Assembly (NCBI GenBank): GCA_951406725.2
Contig: OX597827.1
Coordinates: forward strand, 34,596,001-34,660,000
Length of the DNA stretch: 64,000 nt
Reading direction: 5' to 3'
Origin: Octopus vulgaris
Taxonomy: Eukaryota
The translations under genes and the position numbers were made by a program. This document shows, in pieces, positions 22,147 to 34,888 of the stretch. The stretch's first letter is position 1; every line of letters begins with the position of its first letter. The notes beneath the pieces are model-generated. The model had not been told where the DNA came from and did no database searches. It saw nothing but the letters and a program-made list of their open reading frames with translations.

Positions 22147-23329
22147 AGAAAATACACACACACATGTATGTAGCGGGATGTGTAGCAAAAGGTGTTGTTG
22201 ATGCAGTAGATGAAGATAAGCATGCTGAACGACATCAAAGTAAAACAACGAGGAAAGCATCAGAATGTAGTTTCAATAATTTATTTGCTCAACATTTGCA
22301 TTTACGTGTTGGATACACAAAGTTTGATTCACAACATCAATGAAGCTACCAACTGTTTCGAGTTGGCAACGTAAAAAGAAACAACAGGAGAAATAGCATG
22401 TCAATGTAATGAGGTAGTACAAGGCATGTTTTGTGTCTGTGTGCACGTTAGTTATTTGGTCGTGTCGTGTTGTCTTTCTGTCCGTATTCTGCTGGTCACT
22501 GCTTCCTCATGGCCTGCTATTTGGCTTTCTCTCTTGACTGCTTGCCTGTTGCTAGTTGTCTAACTGTATTTATAATGGTCTTCCTAGCTAGAACAGACAT
22601 ACCATAGGAGTAATTTTTACTTATGTAGGCCTTCTGCTGTCCAGTTCAACCTTCAGTGACATAACTCAGGTCAGAGGTTGAATGGAAATCCATCCATCAC
22701 TTTTTGACAGAACAAAGAAATTTCTTTCATGCTTGTTTGGCCAGTGGTAGGTTGAGTGAGCAAGAATCCTTAGATTCAGTTTCAAATCTCAGCTTGGAAA
22801 TTGAAATGTTAACTTTTTGGAGTATATACATATACTCTTACTTAGCCCTTCCTGAGATTTGAAACCAAATACACCTGCTTGTGGCTTGTTAAAACAAGCA
22901 AGAAAATCCAGATGATTGATGGGGAAACACTTGACCCCCAAGAACCTATGCTGATCAAGGAGAGGTCAGTCCTTTGGTTAGGGTTTGACCTACATTACTG
23001 ACTATAGTCTATATAACAGAGAGCATTTCCTATCTCTCTCCCTTTTGTATCAGCCAAACCAAGGAGCAACAGCCTCTTTTGCATCAGCCATAACCAAGAG
23101 CAGCACTTTCCCTTTGCCCTCACTTGACATACAAAAACAAGCTTTTGGCCATAAAAAAGACGATGCCACCTTTATCTTCTCTTCCTTTCTAGTCAGCACT
23201 GTGCATTCCTTACTGTTTCCCTCTCTGCTGGCAGACAGCAACTTCTACACTACCAACTAACAACCAGTGAGCAAACTTGTTGTCACTGCCACTACAATTA
23301 CTGCTGTATCTCTAACTACATGTTGGGCA

Positions 23330-23516
23330 AATGAATAAATATATGTAAATAATATTTCTTCCTTCTTGGTGTTGATTCTTCGATGTTTACTGGTTACTCC
23401 AATGCAAGAACCTTCAGGTGTTACATCTCCACGCTACATTTGGTAGTCAGCTGCATCATATCAACATGATATGGCATGTCACTTCAGCTCACTACAAATG
23501 GTGACCCCGACATGAT
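23330..23516 (+). mobile_element. LTR-retrotransposon remnant: LTR 3' end followed by a tRNA-Trp primer-binding site
   Basis: cactaCA-aa-TGGTGACCCCGACATGAT at 23499-23516 matches the canonical tRNA-Trp PBS TGGTGACCCCGACGTGAT at 17/18. A second cgctaCA-tt-TGGTAG junction lies at 23438, and AATAAA is upstream. Confidence 0.6.
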
Positions 23517-23609
23517 TCTACATGTTCTGTATCCGTTACATTGCACATCATTTTGCTGCATCGCACGACATTGTGAAAACAAATAAAACAGCCTTCATCA
23601 TATGCCTAT

Positions 23610-23678
<69 letters not shown>

Positions 23679-23703
23679 GCTTATATATATACATACATAC
23701 ATA

Positions 23704-23933
23704 TACTCTTACTCTTTACTCTTTTACTCTTTTACTTGTTTCAGTCATTTGACTGTGGCCACACTGGAGCACTGCCTTTAGTCGAGCAAATCGACCCCAG
23801 GACTTATTCTTTGTAAGCCTAGTACTTGTTCTATCAGTCTCTTTTGCTGAACCACTAAGTTACAGGGACGTAAACACACCACTATCAGTTGTCGAGCAAT
23901 GGTGGGGGGACAAACACAGACACACAAACATAT

Positions 23934-23982
<49 letters not shown>

Positions 23983-24142
23983 TACGACAGGCTTCTTTCA
24001 GTTTCCATCTACCAAATCCACTGACAAGGCTTTGGTCGGCCTGAGGCTAATGTAGAAGACTCTTGCTCAAGGTGCCACGCAGTGGGACTGAACCCGGAAC
24101 CATGTGGTTTCATGTAAGCAAGCTACTTACCACACACCCACT

Positions 24143-24145
<3 letters not shown>
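23704..24145 (-). mobile_element. SINE family A, full length
   Basis: Same sequence with a repeated actcttt(t) tail, flanked by (TA)n. Confidence 0.88.
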
Positions 24146-24580
<435 letters not shown>

Positions 24581-26527
24581 GTTGAGTTGAAATGTATTCC
24601 ATTAGGAATGTATTAGAGTACAAAATAGAGATCTTAGAATTACCAAACAGCCAGCAGTATTACAGTATACTACTAATTCTAGGCTTAGGCATTCCTTGTG
24701 TGTGAAAATAAAAAGGAAAGAAAAAATAGAGTCAAAAAGAAGAGGGAGTGTGATTTGACAGCTGTCTCATAACCACTACACATGTTTCAATACAACATAG
24801 ATCCACATATATACAGGATTTGAATTTAAATTAAGTCACAGTTTACCTGTATAATAGGACCTAGTTGTATCTTCTCAGATGATATATAATCACTGTCTCC
24901 GTAAGTAAATGTTTGATTTCAATGCTATCACATTCAACTGCTTCCTATATGGAGATTATACAAGTAAAACACATGGTGAAAAAATGTATATGAAGTCAAA
25001 CAATTACAATCAAAGAATGTGTACAATAAAAATCAACACATCAACAAAAGAAATGGAAGAGGAGCTACCAGTTCAGAGTAATTCCTTTATCAAAGATGAG
25101 TAAAGGAATAAGAGACGTTGATGAAAAATAGAAATGATACCAAATTTATGATGTTTACATTGCAGCTTAGTGCAAAAAGGAAGTTGGAGTGTGGGATAGG
25201 AGGGGTGGCAGTGGAGACACAATCTGGTTTATAGTGAAAGTAATTAGGGAAGAAAGAGTGAGAGTGAGTGAGAAAGAGAGAGGAGAGAGTAAGTGGTATT
25301 TGTCGAAATATCTGTGATTTAGTTCAGGAGTTCCATCAATTTGAAAACCTTGAGATGAAAATCTCAGGCATTTAGGTACTTTATTTCAACTTGTAACTTA
25401 TAAGCAGCTTTACTTGGATTTCATTCCATTTAATATTGCAGAGTAAGGAAAAGATTGCAATAATAAACATTCTATATTCTCTAACACATATATTACACAC
25501 TTCTGGTAAAACTGTGTGGGCGTATAGCTAGTTGTGGGAGCTGTCCTAAAAATATCATTGTCAATGCCATCTTATAAGTGTATAAGTTCTTTGAATGTAG
25601 TTCTATTTGATTCATATAGCACAACTGACTAAATTTCAACATGCGCATCAAAAACATACAGGTGAAGGACATGTAATGTTTTGGCACAGCCATTTTGGTA
25701 CTGCTTGTTTGGCATCGCTTATTCGACACTGATTTTATTTGACATCAGATGTTTTAATGTTTCTCTCATTCTCTGTTTATTTGTCTGAGCATATTTCTCT
25801 TTAAATGTATGAGGAGAGGGAAAGTGTTTATGTTAATAATGTTCAATTAATAAATTATAATTTCTCTTTCTCACTCTTTTTATTTGTATGCGTATATTTC
25901 TGCTCATGTATGTAGTGTATGAGTGTTTGCCTCTATTACCAAAACGTCGTCACCAAAACAGGTTGTATGTCCAGTCAGCTGTGCTAAATCAGCAGTGTCC
26001 AAACAGCTGTACCCAATTACCAAATTCTGTCTGGTGAAAAAGAACTTGATAGCAATAAAGATGGTTAAAAAAATTATTTGCAATCATCAATTGCAAAGCA
26101 TAATATATTCCATATCCATATGTGATATAGTTTGGGGAAATGAAGTGATCCTCACCATCTTATGGTACATCAAAGTAGTATACATCTTCATAAACAAAAA
26201 GCAAAGGATACTGTAAGACATCATATGAACAATGAGATTCATGGAAGAATTTTATACTGTTGTTACAACACTTCCAAAACAATATCTCAGATACCCTGAT
26301 CATTTGCAACAATAATAACTGTTACTGTAATACACTAAGAAACCTTAAATCAATGGAAGTGCTATCTGATCTTTTTTCGGTGTTGACGGAACTTGAAAAT
26401 CCAGAGTTGAAAGTACATTTTAAAGCACACCAAAAGCATCTGACAAAAATTCTTTATATGAAGCACTTGAAATATCTTCAAAGACTGTGCATGTGCAGCT
26501 CTTGTTGAAACACTGTACTTCTTTTTG

Positions 26528-26569
<42 letters not shown>

Positions 26570-27007
26570 GCATATATTTGTTTGTTTTTATGTTCAGTTA
26601 TAATAAACACAAATTTACATTAATCTGATGGGTTACTCTATACTTTTGTAGAGACCAAATTTATTACTCTTAAACAAGAATGTTGATGACAGTGACTTCA
26701 AAGTTTTGACCAGCTCACCGAAAGGCTACATAAAAGCAAGACGAACTCTAATGCATCACAAACTGACAATGGCTTAGCTGGCTGAAACTTTGAAGTCACT
26801 GTCAACAAAATTCTTGTTTAAGAATAATATACGTGAGTGTGTATATATATGTGTGTATGTGTGTGTTGGAGAGAATACCAATATTTTGCGATAAATTTGT
26901 CCTCGTGCTTTAAAAATTATCGTAAACTCAATGTCTCCGAAAATTTTTGCCCCAAATGATGCCATTTGCAAAGTACAATTGTATGCTTGAAGATTTTGAT
27001 TCTTAAG

Positions 27008-27227
27008 GAAGGCAGTGGGCTGGCAGAATTGTTAGCACGCTGGGCAAAAATGTTTTGTGGCATTTTGTCTGTCTTTTCATTTTGAGTTCAAATTCCGCTG
27101 AGGTTGACTTTGCCTTTCATTCTTTCGGGGTCAATAAAATAAAGTACCAGTTGAGTACTTGGGTCAATATAATCAACTTATTCCCTCCCTCAAAATTGCT
27201 GGCCTTGCACCAAAATTTGAAATTAAT
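27008..27227 (+). mobile_element. SINE family B, full length with 15-bp TSD
   Basis: Head gctggcagaattgttagcac, B box gagttcaaattcc. attttgattcttaag at 26993-27007 and 27228-27242. Confidence 0.88.
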
Positions 27228-27477
27228 ATTTTGATTCTTAAGTGGTATGCAAAAATTTTGTTCATATAAATTCCAAGTTCTGGTAACTCAATCAGAAGCA
27301 AATGAACAATGTATGCCCAATGATTCCTTGTCACATTTTATACAGAAAGTCCAAGGCTAGGATTTTCTCAGATGCATAACCAAGATTAGGATCAGACTGT
27401 TGTGCGAATGTTGCTTCTACTGCTGCTGCTTTAACAATCTTTATTCAATCAATATATTCAGTAAAAATGGCAATGGA

Positions 27478-27733
27478 ACAGCCTGCTTGTGAAATTAATG
27501 TGCAAGTGGCTGAGCACTCCACAGACATGTGTATCCTTAATGTAATTTTCAGGGAGATTCAGTGTGACAAGGCTGGCCCTTTGAAAACAGGTACTACTCA
27601 TTTTTGCTAGCTAAGTGAACTGGAACAACAGGAAATAAAGTGTCTTGCTCAAGGACACAATGTACCACTGGGAATTGAACTCACAACCTTACAATTATGA
27701 GCTGAATATCCTAACCACTTAGCCACATGCCTT
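27478..27733 (-). mobile_element. tRNA/CORE-like SINE with an alternative body
   Basis: Same head and central domain as the 21814 SINE (aataaagtgtcttgctcaagga...ctaaccacttagccac) but a different 3' half. Confidence 0.75.
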
Positions 27734-27857
27734 TACCAGTCAATATATACTGAAAGTATAACAAGGTAGTCAGTACATGGTCACTCAACATGTTAGAAAT
27801 AGCAGCCAAATTTTTCTCAGCTTGTCTTAGAGAATGACATACAATACATTAGACACT

Positions 27858-28376
27858 AAACTCTGCTTGTGAAGACCTGTTGGGGCAAGTGAAATCGGAA
27901 TCGAAATTGAACCAATCCTATGACTGGCACCCGACAGTTGCCAGTGCTGCTGGACTGACTCCCATGCAGGTGGCAAGTAAAGAAACACCGTTTCGATCCT
28001 GTGCTTGAGGAGACCTATTGAGTCAAGTACATCAACATCAAAAATCAATGGAAATTGTATTTGTGATCCCTGTGCCGGTGACACATAAAAAGCACCATCC
28101 GAACATGGCCGAAGCCAGCGCTGCCTTGACTGGCATCCGTGCCGGTGGCACGTAAAATGCACCAATCCGATCGTGGCTGTTGCCAGCCTCGCCTGGCACA
28201 TAAAAAGCACCCACTACACTCACGGAGTGGTTGGCGTTAGGAAGGGCATCCAGCTGTAGAAACACTGCCAGATCAGACTGGGGCCTGGTGCAGCCCCCTG
28301 GCTTCCCAGATCCCAGTCGAACTGTCCAACCCATGCTAGCATGGAAAACGGATGTTAAACGATGATGATGATGATG
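27858..28376 (+). mobile_element. RTE LINE 3'UTR-only fragment with (GAT)n tail
   Basis: Matches the 3'UTRs of the LINE pair (aaactctgcttgtgaagacctgttg..., ggttggcgttaggaagggcatccagctgt, ccaacccatgctagcatggaaa). Shorter tail fragments at ~4735-4790, 31735-31830, 38100-38290, 46705-46880, 49492-49660 and 54895-54985. Confidence 0.88.
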
Positions 28377-28814
28377 AATACATCTCTCAAATAACATGGG
28401 AAGGTTGCATAGGTGTTTGATCAGGGACAGCATGGCACTAAACAACAATCCTGCTGCTGCAACTTCTCCACCTACAACTACTAGTACCACCACCAGTGCT
28501 ATTACTATTACTACAACATTCAGTACAATTGAAAAACAAGTACAAAACACAAACGTTATAAACAATCCTTTTTTTTTTATTCAAGGAAAATAATAATAAT
28601 AATAATAATAATGATAATAATAATAATAATAATAATTATAAAAAAGATGAAAATAATTCAACAATTCTGAGTTTATAGTTTTAACAATGAGAAATATTAA
28701 ACTTCCATTTATATATGTTGCATTGTGTAAGTTTGTTTCGAGGTGTTTTAGCCACTGAGACTAAGGCCATGCTGGATTACTACTGTCATATATATTTGTG
28801 TGTGTGTGTGTGTA

Positions 28815-28981
28815 TACACACCTCAAAAGTAAATAGACATCCCTCATCATACCATGTGGACTTTAGCTAGTGCCTCTACTAAATACTAGACTAAGTGTTT
28901 AAATGCATAACTGATATTTTGTTTCTAGAAATAAATCTTTCAAAAATGATGGTGTCTATTTACTTTTGAAACATGTGTGTA
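28815..28981. mobile_element. Small Tc1-like MITE
   Basis: tcaaaagtaaatagacatc ... ggtgtctatttacttttga inverted repeat with TA/CAC-like ends. Confidence 0.6.
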
Positions 28982-29212
28982 TGAGAATGAATGTATGTTA
29001 TATATATATATATCTTATACTTTTAGAAGAGGGGTGAGAGTGACTTTAAAGTTTTAGCCTGCTAGTCTTTGTCAGACTGTCTTGTAAAAATATGATGTGT
29101 ATGTAAAAGTATTAATTCTTTAATTTAATGTTCTATATATATATACACACACATACATATGTATATGTACATATATATCATATATATATGTCATACATGT
29201 AATATATGTATG

Positions 29213-29262
<50 letters not shown>

Positions 29263-29960
29263 CACAAATATGCATATTCCAAAGAATTATTATCAAAATT
29301 TACTTCTTTTCATTTAACTTTTTGAATCTTTTTTTTTTTTTTTTTACTGTACCTCTGCTCCATAATAAGGATAAAAAAGGCAAATAAAAAATATTGAAAA
29401 TAATATTGATATGATATTAATAATAATAATAATAAATGGAAAGGGAAAAAAATAAATATCTACAAGAATATATGTTCATAAATATTTTGATTGCTCGGTG
29501 CGTATTTAGAATTTGGTTGGAACCATAAGAAGAATGTGGTGCCATTTCTCTACACAATGGCAGTATTACTAAATATTTTAATGCAGGACTATATAAATAT
29601 ACACTTCTATTTTAATGAGGGAGGCAGAACCATTCCATAGATAGGGCAGCAAAAAAGGAACAGGGTGAGGACATTTCATGATTTCATAGATATATGGAAC
29701 ACATAATTCCTCACAGAAATTTGACTGAGATTGAACTCATTTATGATACAGGTAACATATAAAGATTTATATCTACATACATAATTATATGTAAGTGTGC
29801 ATACACCCATATAACATATTTACAAATGTGTATATATATAGATAGATAGATACATACATACATACACATACACACTTAAAGTGCCAGTGGATGAAACTCT
29901 TAGCCTATAAAAATTATATACTCATGTTTCAAGATCTATTTTCCTGTTTGCATCATCAAA

Positions 29961-30002
<42 letters not shown>

Positions 30003-30052
30003 ACGCCATATGTAATCAAACAAGTTTGTTTTCGACGAGTTGAAATGTATTG

Positions 30053-30221
30053 TAGAACATGTAGAAAGATAAATTTTATTCAACACATAGATACTGAACA
30101 GTATATATATAAAGGATAAAATTCATTTTTCTGCTTTTAAAGGAAAAAGGATTTTATCCTTTATATATATATATATACTGTTCAGTATCTATGCATTGAA
30201 TAAAATTTATCTTTCTACATG

Positions 30222-30226
<5 letters not shown>
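30053..30226. repeat. Near-perfect ~174-bp palindrome (foldback)
   Basis: tagaacatgtagaaagataaattttattcaa...aaaggataaaat pairs with attttatccttt...ttgaataaaatttatctttctacatgttcta. Loop about 10 nt. Confidence 0.9.
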
Positions 30227-30266
<40 letters not shown>

Positions 30267-30908
30267 AACATATGTACAGAAAAGTAAATGGACCCTCCAT
30301 TGATTTTAGTGATTTAGTCATTTTATAAACTAAACTATCTCCCCAATTTTATTGTAGTGTTAAATAGAGTATTCCACAAATACATCCTCTTACTACATTC
30401 CAGGTAGAACATGACAGTGCGGGTGATAAGATTAACTCTTTGAATTACAGGAACATCTACCCAGCAGACATCCTCACAAATTCTATAAACCCAAGTTCTA
30501 TTCACAGGGTTTGGTCAACTCGAAACTAAGGCAACAGTCACTTGCCAAAGTATGCTGTATAACTAGATCAATGCCAGGATTTCATGTTTGCAAACCAAAA
30601 TTCTTAACTATTCAGCCAAGACTACATATTTCAAACTAATATTCACTTTTCCATGCTTGCATGGGTCAGACAAAATTTGATGAAGGAGATTTTCTATGAC
30701 TAGAAGTCATTCCTCTGATCTGTTTCCAAACAAGGTAATATTTCCCTATGACTAGATATGCTCTTCAAAGGAGACAGGAAACAAATATTGCTTGTATGAT
30801 GATGGTATGACACAATCATCACATAATATTAAGACAAAGCTACACACAAATACATGTATACTCACATACATACATAAATATATACATGTGTGTGTGTGTA
30901 TCCCTCAT

Positions 30909-31435
30909 CTTTTACTTGTTTCAGTAACTGGACTGTGGCCATGCTGGGGCACCACCTTGTAGAATCTTTAGTCAAATGAATCAACCTCTGTATTTATTTT
31001 TTTTAAAGCCTGGTACTTATTCTATTGTTCTGTTGCAAAACTGCTGAGTCATAGGGACCTAAACACACCAACACTGGTTGCCAAGCAGTGATGAAGAACA
31101 GACACAGACATAAAAATATGCATACATACATAAAGAAGCTACTTTACAGTTTCTGTCTATTAACTCCACTCACAAGGCTTTGATCGGCCTGAGGTTACAG
31201 TAGAAGACACTTGCCCAAGGTACCATAAAGTGGGACGAAATCTGGCTGAACCATCTGGTTGGGAAATAAACTTCTTACTACACAGTCCACTCGTCCACAC
31301 ATATATGATGGACTTCTTTTAGTTTCCATCTACCAAATCCATTCATGGGCTAAAGTAGAAGACACTTACCCAAGGTGTCGTACAGTGGGACTGAACCCAT
31401 GACCACATGGTGGGGAAGCAGGATTCTAAGCCACA
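30909..31435 (-). mobile_element. SINE family A diverged copy plus an adjacent 5'-half copy
   Basis: Family A sequence at 30909-31290 and a second head segment at 31306-31435. Confidence 0.75.
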
Positions 31436-31829
31436 TTTAACTCATTTTTAACACAATGTACAGGAAACAGAAATTAAGCTTCTACTGACAAATTGCCTTA
31501 ATTCACTGCAAGGGATGTACATCTACCTTGGCTTCATTATCCCATGGGATAGAAATCTGAGGAAAAGTGATCAAAAGACTAATTTCAGCATGCCACTGCT
31601 GATTGTAGGCAGGGAACTAAAAGTTGATATGTTAACCATTTAAATATACAAAGGCTGACCTGTTGTTCTTATTCTAGATGGTATATCGCCATGATTATGG
31701 ATACAAAATGGAAACCCTTTACCCTGAGGAAGAGAACTTTGCCAGATCAGATTGGAGCCTAGTGCAGCCTTCTGGCATGCCAGCTCTCAGTCAAACCGTC
31801 CAACCCATGCCAGCATAGAAAATGGACGT

Positions 31830-31860
<31 letters not shown>

Positions 31861-32879
31861 GTGTGTGTGTGCCATTGTGAATCACTGAACTTTTGAATAC
31901 CCAAATTAAAACTGTTACTCTTCAAATGTACTGAGTTCTTTGAAGTAGTTGTCCACACTGGGCTCATATATATTTATTTATATTATACATATATAGTTAT
32001 TGTGTGTGTGTGTGTTTGCAAAATTGTCACAACCATAATATTCCACTTTCTGTTCAGTGCCAGATTAACCACAGAGCACCAATGCAAGTCACTTTTGAAA
32101 AAAAATATTTTAATCTTAAATAAAAAAAACTATGAAATGATAAAGTGACATTTAATTGCTGAAATTTCATGAAACACAGGAACACTGGCAGTTAAAATTG
32201 GTTCTCTCCACCAGTGAACATATACATACATACTTATATATTCTTGATTGTACATTGCCAACACAATGATATATATATGTGTGTGTGTATTTGCTATCAG
32301 CAACAGAAGCAGACTTAGTAATGAATATTAATTAACACATCCAACCTAACCTGAATGAGTTGTTAAAACACTTTAGATTGCAATAAACACTAAAATCGCA
32401 TAATACAGTAGTGTCGACCATCAGTGCTGACTAAATTCAGTCAAGTGATAGAAATTTGATGCTTTTTAGCATTTGTTATTTACATAAAACGATTCTTTGG
32501 AATGTTTACTGTAGTCTACAGTGTTATAAACAACACATCCTGGCAAGTGAGATGTGCTAATGTGTATGTATATATATATATACACATTTGGAAGGTTGTT
32601 TGTTATGACCACTGGTTTCACACCTATAAAACACTTAACTGTATAGGTGTCTATACATTTGAGTGTGACTTGTTGCCTATACAGTTAAGCACTTTATAGG
32701 TTCAAAACTAATGGCCACTCTCTGACCAGCCTTCTAAATATATTACTGCACTAATGTTATAGAGTGTGCTTCTTTTTCAGATATATGAACTACTGACGAG
32801 ATATATATACATACACACATATGTATGCATATTTATGTTTATGTTTTTGTGCAAAAATGCCAAGTGTTCAAGGCACATC

Positions 32880-33440
32880 TGTTTCAGAAGAATGTAGAGT
32901 CAGATATAATTGAGTGTTGCTCATATCTAAGGGTTTCATGTAGCTCACTCACATTAGCCAACCATGCTCACTGATGAGTCTGAAACCAATGACGGACATT
33001 GATGTTAGTCAACAGAATCAAGCCTTCAAGTGTGAGGAAATAATATAGTTTTTGCCAGTAGGGGGAGAGGTGATTGGAGCTCATTAGCCTGAAAAGGCAA
33101 CTAATCTAGAAGAAAAACTCAAACCTCAGCTGCTTTGCTTTGGGAGTAAACTCTGAAAAAAAACTGGGAGTCAGAGCCCCCAAAGCAGTGCAACATTGTC
33201 TACAACCTTGTTCTGGCAACATTGGAGACAATACTGATGTCAGATTTTAATGGCCAAACTGTTCCTTTGGATCCATCAGTGACATGGAGTGGGGGCACAT
33301 ACTGCATGGGCAACAGCCTGTTCTCCATACCATACCACCCAGGTTTGGACCCTACTGAACCCCTTATGCTGGAGAAATAAAACCTGACAATACACTGGAG
33401 AGGACGTACCAGCCTCACCTACAGCATCAACACAATATGG
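32880..33440 (+). mobile_element. Degenerate RTE-like LINE 5'UTR remnant
   Basis: ggagctcattagcctgaaaaggcaac...ggagtaaactctg...ttcctttggatccatcag...tgcatgggcaacagcctgttctccata resembles RTE 5'UTRs as I recall them (no search run) and aligns by eye with the body of the SINE at 21814. Confidence 0.5.
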
Positions 33441-33605
33441 GGAGCAAAAATTTCCACTTATAAGTCATTGCTACAACTCAAACAGTACTGTGGTTTGTAT
33501 GGCAAAGACTGCCACTCATGTGTTTGAACTTTCTGATCACAGCGCTGTTCCAGTAAGGCAAACAACTAGAACCTTCATCTCTGACCTTTACTAACAGACA
33601 AAGGC

Positions 33606-33659
<54 letters not shown>

Positions 33660-34350
33660 ATAGCTAAAATAATAATTACATTGAGCATTTTTATGTACGT
33701 ACACACACATACATATAAATACATATACATACATACTTTAATTCAAGTATACATATGTATATGAAGTATATATATGTTTAAGTGTATGCATAATTGTGTG
33801 AGTGTACTTTCCAAACTTTGTACAAAAGCCTTTGACTGAATCTACACCTTTAAAGGTAAGAAAAAAAACTCATCAGAAAGGCAGTTTACTTGTGATTTTC
33901 ATGGAAAATAGCAGATATTAGTGATAGAGGGGGACTGTTATATCCTTTGTCTAATAGTTTGTGTATAACTGAGTGTGATGCTACACCTAAGGGGACTGGG
34001 GTAAACAGAATATAAACTACTATGCTTTAATTTATTAACCTTAGTATCATGTAGTTCAGCACAGGTGTGTCAAGACTGTCTGTATAGAATGAACAGGAGA
34101 ACAAACAGTCTGTCGAGAAGAGAGGAAGAGAAAGTAGGAGAAATGAAGATTGTAAATGGGAAAAAATGGAAGATGTGAGTAAAGAAATATGAGAAAGAAA
34201 GAGAGAGAGAGAAAGAAAGAAACAGGCAAACTGGCATGTATGTGTAATTTGTATATATGTGTATATATATGTGTGTGTGTGTGTGTGTGCATGTGTGTGT
34301 ATATGTATGTGTGTATATATATATATGTATGTATGTATGCATATATATAT

Positions 34351-34381
<31 letters not shown>

Positions 34382-34888
34382 CATATTTATATATATAGAA
34401 ATAGAGGGTGGAGCAAGGGAGAGAGAGAGAGAGAGAGAGACAGCGAGAGAAGGGGAGATTTACTAGAGGAAAATATCATGTTGCAAGAATTGAGAGAATA
34501 ATAAAAGAAGAAAGAGGGAGGTAGAGATGAGAGAAAATATCTATAGATGTATGAAAACACAAAAATGCCAGCTAGAAAGAGTGAGAGAAATTGTGTATGT
34601 GTGTGTTTGTTTGAAATGAAAAATGAGAGAATGTGTCAGATTAAGAAAGAGAGAGAAAAGAAAATATACATGAACAAAAGAAAGAGATAGAGAATAGCAA
34701 TAAGAAAGTTTGTAAGAGCAAAAAAGAGAGAGAAAGAGAGAGAGAGTGAAAAGGTGAAGAAATGCAACTCATTTATAGTAATGGACGGCAAGCAGTTTTT
34801 AAAGCATCAGATATCAATCACTCTCTCTCTCTTTCTTTCTCTCTAGCTCTCTATTGCTCCCTTTCTCTTTTCCTTGATACACAACAAT

